From: Candidatus Bathyarchaeota archaeon | Lineage (GTDB): Archaea; Thermoproteota; Bathyarchaeia; Bathyarchaeales; Bathycorpusculaceae | NCBI GenBank assembly: GCA_963827165.1 | Contig: CAWGZR010000005.1 | Span: forward strand, 192,001-256,000 | Length of the DNA: 64,000 nucleotides | Direction: 5' to 3' | In this document: positions 41,209-50,226 of the stretch, in pieces | Numbering within the stretch: the stretch's first letter is position 1 | Layout: each line of letters opens with the position of its first letter | Program-made: the position numbers and the translations under genes | The notes under the pieces: model-generated | The model's database searches: none | Told to the model about the DNA's origin: nothing | The model's input: the letters and a program-made list of their open reading frames with translations, nothing else

Positions 41209-42078
41209 ATGTTTGTTCCCCGAAAAATCCGCGAAGATAAGCTCAGACAATTACTTGCTGACGACATTGGGTTAGGCGACGTCACAGTACAGGCGCTTAT
41301 ACCACCAAGTCTGACTGTGAACGCAGTAGTCATTGCGAAAGACGACGGCGTAGCCGCGGGAATCGAAGAAATAACTATTTTAGCTGAATATTTGGGGTTG
41401 AAAGTTAAGACTAAAGTGGCTGACGGAGAAACTGTCAAAAACAAGCAGGTGCTCATAGAAATTTCGGGCAACGCTCAGACTATTCTTTCCGCTGAGCGAA
41501 CCATGCTAAACCTGCTTTCTCGGATGAGCGGAATAGCCACGGCAACCTATGCTTTGACCGAGAAAATCAAGAAAGCAGGATTTAAAGCGAAGATTGCTGC
41601 GACGCGTAAGTCAGCGCCTGGGCTGCTTTACTTCGACAAGAAAGCAGTTGTCATCGGGGGTGGTGACCCTCATAGGCTCCACTTAGATGATATGGTATTG
41701 ATAAAAGACAATCACATCGCCGTGGTTGGGAGCCCTGAAGAGGCAGTGAAAAAGGCGAAAGCAAACGTTTCTTTCGCTAAGAAAATCGAAGTTGAGGTAA
41801 CCGAGGGGGCTGATGTTCTAAAGGTTGCGAGTGCGGGGGCTGACGTGATTTTGCTTGATAACTTTTCGGTTAAGCAGGTCAGGGAGGCTGTGGATTTGCT
41901 TGAGAAAGGGGGTTTTCTGGGCAAGGTGGTTCTGGAGGCTAGCGGCGGAATTGCTGCTGAAGACATCTTGGATTATGCAGCGGCGAAGGTTGACATCATC
42001 AGCATGGGGCAACTTACCCATAGTGTAAAGGCGCTTGACATTAGCCTTGAGTTAGTTGTCAAAGAAGCAACTTTTTAG
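41209..42078 (+). CDS. nadC: Nicotinate-nucleotide pyrophosphorylase
   Basis: RMSGIAT, TRKSAPG, LIKDNH, LLDN, EASGGI. Confidence 0.95.
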   Translation: MFVPRKIREDKLRQLLADDIGLGDVTVQALIPPSLTVNAVVIAKDDGVAAGIEEITILAEYLGLKVKTKVADGETVKNKQVLIEISGNAQTILSAERTMLNLLSRMSGIATATYALTEKIKKAGFKAKIAATRKSAPGLLYFDKKAVVIGGGDPHRLHLDDMVLIKDNHIAVVGSPEEAVKKAKANVSFAKKIEVEVTEGADVLKVASAGADVILLDNFSVKQVREAVDLLEKGGFLGKVVLEASGGIAAEDILDYAAAKVDIISMGQLTHSVKALDISLELVVKEATF

Positions 42079-42080
42079 CC

Positions 42081-42626
42081 TTAGATTAAAGGAAGCATTG
42101 ATTCCACTATAGCTCCGACAGCGAGTAGGGCAGCACAAACACCTATGAGGATCGCTACGTTTTTGAGTTCCCCGTAATTCTTCTGCATTAGCCTGCGAAA
42201 CAGCCAGATGCTTTCCGATATCGCTATTGAGTAGGCTGTAAATTCAATCCAAAATATCGGGTTTAGAAGTTCAGCTAAAAAGTAGATGAACGAGGGAATC
42301 CCCAATGTTTGAGATATGCCTCCTAAGTTGTAGCCTGTTGACGCGAAAGATACAACGCCGAATGTTGGTCCAACGATTGGGATGAACATGATTAGGCATA
42401 TCCGGAAATTGTTTAGAAAAATGAACTGAGGCACTGTTCCGCTTGCTTTCTCTTGACTAACTGTCTGGTTTAATTGATCGTATATTTGTGTTGCCGTGTT
42501 ATGGCTAATCGGAATCAAAGATCCGATGGCAGTTAACACAATAGCCGCTACAAGAACAAATAAGAACGTGTAGATTCTTTTTCGCCTTATTGAAGCCTTC
42601 GTCCAAAAGGACAAATCAAAGTTCAT
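42081..42626 (-). CDS. SpoIIM-like (DUF95) membrane protein, paralog A
   Basis: IFLNNFRICLIMFIP, IEFTAYS, VGAIVE. Confidence 0.8.
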   Translation of the reverse strand: MNFDLSFWTKASIRRKRIYTFLFVLVAAIVLTAIGSLIPISHNTATQIYDQLNQTVSQEKASGTVPQFIFLNNFRICLIMFIPIVGPTFGVVSFASTGYNLGGISQTLGIPSFIYFLAELLNPIFWIEFTAYSIAISESIWLFRRLMQKNYGELKNVAILIGVCAALLAVGAIVESMLPLI

Positions 42627-42982
42627 TTTCAGTCTTCTCTCGCTTTTTCGCAACATTTAACGTTGATTGGCAGTTCAGAGGGAGTACGAATTCCGCCAAT
42701 TTAAGTTTTCTTTTGAAACGCCAAAAACAAACACGGGAGTTTGTCACCAGAATTGTAGCGTTAGATCTAAAAGTCGCAAACCGAGAAGCAGGCTAATTCT
42801 CTATTCTTTTTAGACCTTGGTCAATATCGGTTATCTTTTCAACTATGGCTCGAGTAAAAGCAAAGTCCCGACATTTTTATCAAGATGACAATTTTTTTGG
42901 AGTTACCAAACACTATTTGCTAGCCTGCGTGCCGGATGGATGGCTCCTTGTACATCAACTTAGAAATTGGGAGAACAGAGGG

Positions 42983-43570
42983 TTAAAACCCAGCTTTTAT
43001 AGTTAAAGTCTCGATCACCGCGCCGACTATGAGCAGAATAGCCACTATTCCAATCAAGATTGCTAAATTCTTAAGTTCACGACGCCACGTACGCTGTGTT
43101 ATTCTGCGAAACAGCCAGATGCTTTCGCTCATACCTGTTGAGTAGGAAACGTATTCTATTGTGAAAACCACAGCGATGAGAGTTAACGCCAAAATTGCGG
43201 TTGACGGCGTCACGGCTGGAGTTGTCGCTCCTTGAAAGTTAGGGGAACTTTCTACCCTGAATTCAGCGCCTAAAGCAATGCCAGTGTCTAACATCACGAA
43301 TAGGCCGAAAACAGCTCCGAACAAGGGGATGAACATTCCCAAGCAAAGAGGGAAATTATTAAGAAAAATAGAAACTGCAAGCTGGACTGGTCCCAGTGTG
43401 GTGGTTTGGTTCACGTGGTTGTAGATCATCTGTGATTCTTGAGTACTTAGTGGCACAAAAATTCCGGCAATTGTCACAATGAAGGAGACGACGATGAACA
43501 AAATTACGAGGTAGATTCTTTTACGTTTTGAAGAAGCGTTTTTCCAAAAAGAAGGATAATCAAGATTCAT
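42983..43570 (-). CDS. SpoIIM-like (DUF95) membrane protein, paralog B
   Basis: IFLNNFPLCLGMFIP, IEYVSYS, VGAVIE. Confidence 0.8.
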   Translation of the reverse strand: MNLDYPSFWKNASSKRKRIYLVILFIVVSFIVTIAGIFVPLSTQESQMIYNHVNQTTTLGPVQLAVSIFLNNFPLCLGMFIPLFGAVFGLFVMLDTGIALGAEFRVESSPNFQGATTPAVTPSTAILALTLIAVVFTIEYVSYSTGMSESIWLFRRITQRTWRRELKNLAILIGIVAILLIVGAVIETLTIKAGF

Positions 43571-43584
43571 AGGTCAATGTTCAC

Positions 43585-44277
43585 TCATTTCACTGGTTTG
43601 ATTTGTAGAGCGCGAAATCCTCTTGCACAAGGGTTTAGCGTCTCTGTCAATTTAACCTTTCTTAAAATATCTTCAGCGTCCACGGCGAAACTCCTAACGT
43701 CATGTTCCGCGGCTATGAGAGAGTAAAGATAAACCCGGTTATCATGTAGTCTCGGCTGGCACATCACAGGTAGCCCCAACACCAAGGGTTTGCCTTCATC
43801 AACTGTTTTCTTGCAAGCAAACAAAATAGCCTCGGACCCAGCGGTTAACTCGGCGATTCTCACAGGGACGCTTTCTTTGCCGATGGCTAACATATCGATG
43901 CCGTGAACACGTTTGATTTCAGCTGCAACTTTTCTAAGCTGTGGAAGTATTTTGAGGATGTTTTTCCTCCCAGTTCTTGATGCACGTATGTTCACAAGTT
44001 CAACAGGAGATAGCTCTTCAATCGACACTCCTCCAAGTGACATATCCAAGTGGACGACGTCAGCTTTCATTTTGTCGAGCAAGCTTCTGCAAAGTTCAGC
44101 CTCGTGAACTATAACTTCAAAGCCGATTTCGACTTCTCTGAAAATTGGTTCAGCCAACCTGTATGATGGCTCCCTGTAAGGTGGTTCCACGAGTACTGAG
44201 GCGGAAGCAATAAGGAAACGCGGGTTGTATTGTTCGTCAAGTATCGCAGCCGCCGAATCCGCTGAAATAATCCTCAA
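43585..44277 (-). CDS. DUF4152-family protein (RNase H-fold putative nuclease)
   Basis: IISADS, DVVHLD, AIGKESVPVRIAE. Confidence 0.75.
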   Translation of the reverse strand: MRIISADSAAAILDEQYNPRFLIASASVLVEPPYREPSYRLAEPIFREVEIGFEVIVHEAELCRSLLDKMKADVVHLDMSLGGVSIEELSPVELVNIRASRTGRKNILKILPQLRKVAAEIKRVHGIDMLAIGKESVPVRIAELTAGSEAILFACKKTVDEGKPLVLGLPVMCQPRLHDNRVYLYSLIAAEHDVRSFAVDAEDILRKVKLTETLNPCARGFRALQIKPVK

Positions 44278-44338
44278 ATCTTCACCAACGCAAAGATTAT
44301 GTCGCGGGTGAAAAATAGGTTGCTCTCTTTGCTGTTGC

Positions 44339-44953
44339 TTATTTTAGGCATAAGGCCAAAATGTACATTTCTGAGCTTTTAGAGCGGCTTGCCTGAGGTT
44401 TAACGATCTTGACCGTTTCGAAACTTGCTTTTACTGTTTCAATGAACTCGTCAAGCAAGTCTCCTTGGAATACTTTTACAAAGAAGCTTCCTGAGGGACG
44501 CAACAGACATTGTGCGATTCCCAGGGCTCTTGTGGCTAAGTCGATTTGCCTTGCATGGTCAACTTCCCAAATCCCCGTAACGTTGGGCGCCGCATCACAA
44601 ATCACGGCGTCTGCTTTGCGGGGCAGAAAAGAGAGTATCTGTTGTACAATGTCTGGGTCAGTCATATCTGCAATTATCGTTCGAATGTACTCTTGCGTGA
44701 AAGGTTCAATTGGTTTAAGGTCAACGCCTAAAACAAAACCGTGGCTCCCAGTCATTTTCCTGGCGGCTTGAATCCACCCGCCTGGGGCTGCGCCTAAATC
44801 AACTACGACATCGTTTCTTTTTATGAACTGGTATTTATCGTTAGCTTGAACCAACTTGTATGTGGATCTTGAACGGTAGTTTTCTGCTTTTGCTTTTTTA
44901 TAGTAATATTCATTTTTTCTATCTCGGATCCAAGCCTTCGGCAACGGAGTCAT
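44339..44953 (-). CDS. rlmE: 23S rRNA Um2552 2'-O-methyltransferase
   Basis: YRSRS, DLGAAPGGW, KVFQG, ASRSKSSE. Confidence 0.95.
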   Translation of the reverse strand: MTPLPKAWIRDRKNEYYYKKAKAENYRSRSTYKLVQANDKYQFIKRNDVVVDLGAAPGGWIQAARKMTGSHGFVLGVDLKPIEPFTQEYIRTIIADMTDPDIVQQILSFLPRKADAVICDAAPNVTGIWEVDHARQIDLATRALGIAQCLLRPSGSFFVKVFQGDLLDEFIETVKASFETVKIVKPQASRSKSSEMYILALCLK

Positions 44954-45383
44954 CAGCCTCTTCTTCTATGTCTTGCACGCTTGGATCAGGCACAGGTGCG
45001 GGTTCTGCTACCGCGGGTGCTGTTTCAGCGGGTTCTTTTCCTAAGGAAATTATCCAGTCTGTTAGCCTTGGGCAGCTTTTTGGAGAAATAGCCGTCGTTG
45101 GGTCGCATCTTGCGTTGTCCGGGCAAAGTAAACATGGGCAATCAATGATGGTTTGGATCGAGGCGGGAAGCCTTTTGGGGTAAAGCCGATAGGTCCATCT
45201 GCCTTCCTGGAGCTCTTTTTCGCGACGGATCAGCCCTTTTTCTTCAAGTTTAATGGAGACCCTTGAGCCTTCCCGGCTGCTTGCGCCAAGTTCACGCCAT
45301 AAATCAGATTGGAGCACGCCTTGATAGCCTGTGTTAACTACATAATGGAGTGCTTTCTGTTCAAGGTCATTACGTTTAGGCAT
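44919..45383 (-). CDS. TFE-beta / RPC34-like protein (wHTH + Fe-S cluster domain)
   Basis: GVLQSDLW...GRWTY wHTH followed by PCLLC-x5-C-x10-C...W. Confidence 0.82.
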   Translation of the reverse strand: MPKRNDLEQKALHYVVNTGYQGVLQSDLWRELGASSREGSRVSIKLEEKGLIRREKELQEGRWTYRLYPKRLPASIQTIIDCPCLLCPDNARCDPTTAISPKSCPRLTDWIISLGKEPAETAPAVAEPAPVPDPSVQDIEEEADDSVAEGLDPR

Positions 45384-45468
45384 CTACTATCAATTCCAAA
45401 TAATGCAATTAGAATATAAGCGTTGAATCCAGATAAAAATATGTATCCCTCAATAAAGTTGGAATCCG

Positions 45469-46500
45469 ATGAAAAACATGCCTCAACAGCCGAAAAATAA
45501 TCGACGCTACTGTTTAGGGATTGAATCCTCAGCAGACGACTTCGGCGTCGGTGTAGCAACCTTCAACGGAGAAATACTTTCCAACAAGTCAGACAGCTAC
45601 ATACCGGCGGAAGGCGGGATTCACCCTCGGGAAGCTGCACGCCATCATGCCGAAGTCGCCGACAAAGTGGTTAAAGAAGCCCTAACCTCAGCAGGCATCA
45701 AGCCGCATGAGTTGTCAGTCATAGCATTTTCTCAGGGTCCAGGTTTAGGACCAAGCCTGCGAACAGGAGCCACTGTCGCCCGCGCCTTAGCTTCCTACCT
45801 CGAGATTCCCCTTGTCGGCGTCAACCACTCAGTCGCGCACATCGAAATTGGAAAATTGAAAACCGGTGCCACTGATCCAGTGACCCTTTATGCTTCAGGG
45901 GGCAACACTATGGTAACCGCGTTTGAAGCGGGACGCTACCGGGTTTTCGGCGAAACACTTGATATTGCACTTGGAAACTGCTTGGATGTTTTCGCACGTG
46001 AAGCAGGGCTTAGGCACCGCAAAGGTTTGCCACTTGGCGCCTCTGTGGAGCAGTTGGCAGTCGAAGGCAAAAAATTGGTTTCCCTACCCTACGTTGTGAA
46101 GGGCATGGATTTTTCTCTCAGCGGCTTATTGACAGCGGCAACCGCGATGTTGCATAAGGATTGCCAGATTGAGGATTTGTGCTTTAGCCTACAGGAACAT
46201 GCGTTTTCAATGGTTACTGAGGTCACTGAGCGTGCGTTGGCCCACACGGAGAAAAAAGAAGTTTTGCTAACGGGCGGCGTAGCCGCTAACAACCGTTTGC
46301 AATCCATGCTTGGCGTTATATCAAAGGAGCATGACGCAGCTTTCAAAGTAGTCCCGCTTGAGTTCGCTACCGACAATGGCGCCATGATTGCTTGGACAGG
46401 AATTTTAGCCTATACGCATGGGTTGACTACCCCGTTGGCTGAGAGCTTCGTGAGGCTTCGATGGCGGGTGGATAAGGTGGATGTGCCATGGACTCAGTAG
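45469..46500 (+). CDS. kae1: KEOPS subunit Kae1
   Basis: GGIHPREAARHH, GPGLGP, HSVAHIE, DNGAMIAW. Confidence 0.96.
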   Translation: MKNMPQQPKNNRRYCLGIESSADDFGVGVATFNGEILSNKSDSYIPAEGGIHPREAARHHAEVADKVVKEALTSAGIKPHELSVIAFSQGPGLGPSLRTGATVARALASYLEIPLVGVNHSVAHIEIGKLKTGATDPVTLYASGGNTMVTAFEAGRYRVFGETLDIALGNCLDVFAREAGLRHRKGLPLGASVEQLAVEGKKLVSLPYVVKGMDFSLSGLLTAATAMLHKDCQIEDLCFSLQEHAFSMVTEVTERALAHTEKKEVLLTGGVAANNRLQSMLGVISKEHDAAFKVVPLEFATDNGAMIAWTGILAYTHGLTTPLAESFVRLRWRVDKVDVPWTQ

Positions 46501-47147
46501 CTGAGAAATTTCTGATGAAGAAAGGGGCGGAAGCCAGCCTTTATTCAGCTGAGTGGCATGGACTCAAAGTCGTAATTAAAGTGCGAATCCCAAAAGAATA
46601 TCGCCCAGAAGCGTTAGACATGAAGATTCGAACGTACCGCACGGTGCATGAGCCGCAGCTGATGCATGAAGCCAAAGTCGCTGGTGTGCCGACACCACTG
46701 GTCTACATTGTTAACGTCCCAGAAGCCTCAATCACTATGCAGTACATTGAAGGCAAACAGATCAAGCAAATGATAAACAACGCTTCAGAAGACAGCCGGC
46801 GGGAACTTTGCGTTTCAATTGGAGAATTAATCGCCAAGCTCCACAGGCAAGGCTTAATCCACGGTGATCTAACGACTTCAAACATGATTCTAAATCCCGA
46901 AGGCAAAATTTTCTTCGTTGACTTCGGCCTGGGCGAAAAAAACAGCGAAGTCGAAGCTCGAGGCGTAGATTTGCATTTGATGAAACGGGCGTTGCAGAGC
47001 ACACATTACCAGTTTTGGGAGGAATGCTTCAGAAACGTGCTCGCTGGGTATTCATCAGTTTTGGGTACTGAAGCCGCAGAAAAGGTTTATCTGAAAATAA
47101 GGGAAATAGAGAGGCGTGGGCGCTATGTCGAAGAAAGAAAGCAATGA
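46488..47147 (+). CDS. bud32: KEOPS kinase Bud32
   Basis: GAEA, HGDLTTSN, DFGLG, RRGRY. Confidence 0.96.
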   Translation: MDSVAEKFLMKKGAEASLYSAEWHGLKVVIKVRIPKEYRPEALDMKIRTYRTVHEPQLMHEAKVAGVPTPLVYIVNVPEASITMQYIEGKQIKQMINNASEDSRRELCVSIGELIAKLHRQGLIHGDLTTSNMILNPEGKIFFVDFGLGEKNSEVEARGVDLHLMKRALQSTHYQFWEECFRNVLAGYSSVLGTEAAEKVYLKIREIERRGRYVEERKQ

Positions 47148-47760
47148 CCAAGGCTGTGAGATTACAGAAAAGGTTGTCTTTTTTGCTACAGGCAACATCC
47201 ACAAGTTCAACGAAGCCAAAATCATTCTTGGCACCTTCGGGTTTGCCGTGGCGATGCTTAAAGTTAAGGGCGAAGAGATCCAAAGTGACAGCTTGCAAGA
47301 AATCGCTGAGGCCTCGGTCATAAATGCTTACCGGCGCACTGGGCTTCCGATATTTGTGGAGGATGCTGGGCTCTTCATCAATGCTCTCAAAGGGTTTCCC
47401 GGACCCTATGCATCTTACGCCTACAAGACAATCCATAACAAAGGCATCCTCCGTTTGATGGAAAACGTCAAGGATAGAAACGCGCAATTCCAATCAGTTA
47501 TAGCCTATATAGACGAAGGTCTGCATGAACCGCAATGCTTCAGCGGCGAATCAATAGGCGAAATAACCCAAACTGAACGAAAAACAGCTGGAAAGGCCGC
47601 GTTTGGCTTCGATCCGATCTTTCAGCCAGCGGGATCCCGCAGATCGTTTGCCGAAATGACAATTGAAGAGAAAAACGGTTTCTCGCACAGGGCCAAAGCA
47701 ATTGAAAAGTTTGCAGAATGGTACAAAACCCAAAGATTGCCACGTAGCGTAATAGTTTAA
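47125..47760 (+). CDS. rdgB: Non-canonical purine NTP pyrophosphatase (RdgB/HAM1)
   Basis: ATGNIHK, EDAGL, FGFDPIF, SHRAKA; start position uncertain. Confidence 0.93.
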   Translation: MSKKESNDQGCEITEKVVFFATGNIHKFNEAKIILGTFGFAVAMLKVKGEEIQSDSLQEIAEASVINAYRRTGLPIFVEDAGLFINALKGFPGPYASYAYKTIHNKGILRLMENVKDRNAQFQSVIAYIDEGLHEPQCFSGESIGEITQTERKTAGKAAFGFDPIFQPAGSRRSFAEMTIEEKNGFSHRAKAIEKFAEWYKTQRLPRSVIV

Positions 47761-47837
47761 ATTCGGTTTTTTTCACGAGTGGGATTACTTTTAAATATTG
47801 GCTCAGTGTGGTTTAGGTGCAGTTTAAGGTGTAAAGT

Positions 47838-48278
47838 TTGCCAAAGCAGGAAAAAGGAAAATCCCATTCAATTCGCCCAGTCAGCAGGCGTCCTCCAAGC
47901 TGGTGCAAATATCAGCCTGAAGAAGTGGAATCATTCATAATAAAATTGGCTAAAGAAGGCCATTCAATGAGCAGCATAGGCACAATTCTTAGGGATCAAT
48001 ACGCGATTCCCCTCGTAAAACCAGTCGTAGGCAAAAGCATAAGCGACGTCCTGGAAAGCGCGGGGTTGGCTCCAACTATGCCTGAGGACTTAACGAACCT
48101 TATGAAGAAAGCGCAAAGCCTCGCAGTTCACCTCGACAAAAACAAGAAGGACCTGCATAACAAACGCAACATGCAAATCATCGAAGCAAGAATCCACAAG
48201 CTCTCGCGATATTACAAACGCGAAGGCGTCATAGCCAAAAACTGGAAGTACGAAGCAAAAATCGCGTCCGTAACCTAA
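47838..48278 (+). CDS. rps15: 30S ribosomal protein S15 (uS15)
   Basis: GKSHSIRP, IGTILRDQY, PEDL, LSRYYK. Confidence 0.96.
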   Translation: MPKQEKGKSHSIRPVSRRPPSWCKYQPEEVESFIIKLAKEGHSMSSIGTILRDQYAIPLVKPVVGKSISDVLESAGLAPTMPEDLTNLMKKAQSLAVHLDKNKKDLHNKRNMQIIEARIHKLSRYYKREGVIAKNWKYEAKIASVT

Positions 48279-48371
48279 ACGCTCCAACCAATTTTTTGAT
48301 CTATTTTCGGTTTTGGGTCAATGCCTAGCTTTAAATGTAATCACGCATTTTAGCCAAAGAGTGAAATCCAA

Positions 48372-49838
48372 ATGGCTATGCAGCAAGAACCAATCGACCG
48401 CTTCTTAGCCCAGGCAGCGGAAGCATCCAAATCAATCTTGGAAACAGCCAAAAAAGACGGCTTCATCCATGTCTTCTCGCATCTGGATGCCGACGGAATT
48501 GCAGCGGCAGGTGTAATTGGAAAAACCTTGTTCAGACTCAACGCCAAATTTAGAATCAGGATTACTCAGCAGCTTGACGAAAAAATCGTCGGTGAAATAG
48601 TCGCTGATAAACCGCAGCTTGTGATTTTCACAGATTTCGGAAGCGGGAATCTTAACCTCTTAAACAAGAAGATCCCAAACTCAAAAACGTTAATCCTTGA
48701 CCATCACCAGCCAAACGGAAACTCAAACAACACCAATTTCGTTCAAGTTAATCCGCATATGTTCGGAATCGACGGCGCATCCGACGTCAGCGGCTCAGGA
48801 GTCGCTTACTTCGTGTCCAAAGCAGTAGATCCCAAAAACGTCGATTTAGCCACTGTAGCTTTAGTCGGCGCGCTTGGTGATATGCAGGACAAGTACGATC
48901 AGAGAAGACTATGCAGCCTCAATGAGATAATCGTTGATGATGGAGTCGCTGCCGGCTTGCTAAAGGTTGAAAAGGATTTAACGTTCTTCGGCAGGGAAAC
49001 CCGACCGATCTACAAAATGCTTGCAACCACAACAAACCCGTTTATTCCCGGCTTGAGCGGCGAAGAAGACAAAGCCTTAGCCTTTCTTGCGAGCCTGAAT
49101 ATCCCGCTTAAGAAAGATGACAGGCCACGGGCACTATGCGACTTAAACGATGATGAAAGGAAAAGGTTGTGCTCTGCGCTTGCCGATCATTTGCTGTCTA
49201 AGGGGCTGCACATGGAAGTTGAGAACCTCATCGGCTGCATTTACGTTTTGACTAAAGAAGAACCCAACACGGCGTTGCGCGACGCAAGGGAATTCGCAGT
49301 TTTGCTGAACTCAACGGGGCGAATGGACAAACCAAGTCTAGGCATTGCAATCTGCATGGGCGACCGCAAAGCTGCCCTGGAAGAAGCCAACAAGATCCTT
49401 GAAGACTACCGCAAAAACATCAACAAATACCTCAGCTGGGTAGCGGAAAAACCCGAGCGCATGCGCGAACTCGACAGCATATACGTCATCTACGGCGAGA
49501 GCTTCATCAACGAAAAAATCATAGGAACCGTCTCATCCATAATAGTTTCAAGCCTGGCTAACAACGAAAAACCCCTTATAGCGTTCGCCAACGTCGAGAA
49601 GGAGGAGGCAGCTAAATTTTCTTCCAGAACCACCGAGGCAGCGATTCGCAAAGGAGTAAACTTGGGTGAGGTCATGCGGCTGGCTTCGGAAATGCATGAG
49701 GGCAAAGGCGGGGGACACAATATTGCCGCAGGAGCTCAGGTGCCGCTTGACGAGATTAACGGATTCATCAAAGATGTTAACGAATTGGTTGGCAAACAGT
49801 TGAAGGGAGAAAAGATTGGAAGCCACAATAACGCTTGA
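48372..49838 (+). CDS. DHH-family phosphoesterase (RecJ/GAN-like)
   Basis: HLDADG, TDFG, DHH, GALGD, GGGHNIAAG. Confidence 0.92.
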   Translation: MAMQQEPIDRFLAQAAEASKSILETAKKDGFIHVFSHLDADGIAAAGVIGKTLFRLNAKFRIRITQQLDEKIVGEIVADKPQLVIFTDFGSGNLNLLNKKIPNSKTLILDHHQPNGNSNNTNFVQVNPHMFGIDGASDVSGSGVAYFVSKAVDPKNVDLATVALVGALGDMQDKYDQRRLCSLNEIIVDDGVAAGLLKVEKDLTFFGRETRPIYKMLATTTNPFIPGLSGEEDKALAFLASLNIPLKKDDRPRALCDLNDDERKRLCSALADHLLSKGLHMEVENLIGCIYVLTKEEPNTALRDAREFAVLLNSTGRMDKPSLGIAICMGDRKAALEEANKILEDYRKNINKYLSWVAEKPERMRELDSIYVIYGESFINEKIIGTVSSIIVSSLANNEKPLIAFANVEKEEAAKFSSRTTEAAIRKGVNLGEVMRLASEMHEGKGGGHNIAAGAQVPLDEINGFIKDVNELVGKQLKGEKIGSHNNA

Positions 49839-50061
49839 GTACGCTGACGAGAAGCATGCAGAAGCGGTTGCCAACGCCGTTTCGCCAGACAATTTTAAAA
49901 CGCCACTCAAATTAGCCGTGAAAACCATGCTGAAGAAGAAAAAAGTGATCACAGTGATTCAATGTGAAAGCAAACTCGCCACTTTCACTGCAACAATTGA
50001 CGATTTGCTTTTCAGCGCAACCACAGCCGAAAAGGCGCTTAAAGCGTTTACAAAGATCTAG
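49816..50061 (+). CDS. pcc1: KEOPS subunit Pcc1
   Basis: AVSPDN, TFTATIDDLL; typical position after the DHH gene. Confidence 0.85.
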   Translation: MEATITLEYADEKHAEAVANAVSPDNFKTPLKLAVKTMLKKKKVITVIQCESKLATFTATIDDLLFSATTAEKALKAFTKI

Positions 50062-50226
50062 AAGCCAGAAAACAACGACAGATAGCGCCGCGGTTTGGGC
50101 AGTTGCTGCTCCAAAGCCCCACGGTTCTGATTGCTTGGGTCAAGTTCTAAATACACCCTGCTTTACTGTAAAGTAAATAAATAAGGGAAGACAACATTAA
50201 CCAAACTTCCACTCGGGTGTATTCGA

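Noticed and set aside
47144-47175. Alternative ATGA-coupled rdgB start needing one extra A
   Set aside because: An in-frame ATG at 47125 with an SD-like GAGG explains the gene without a frameshift
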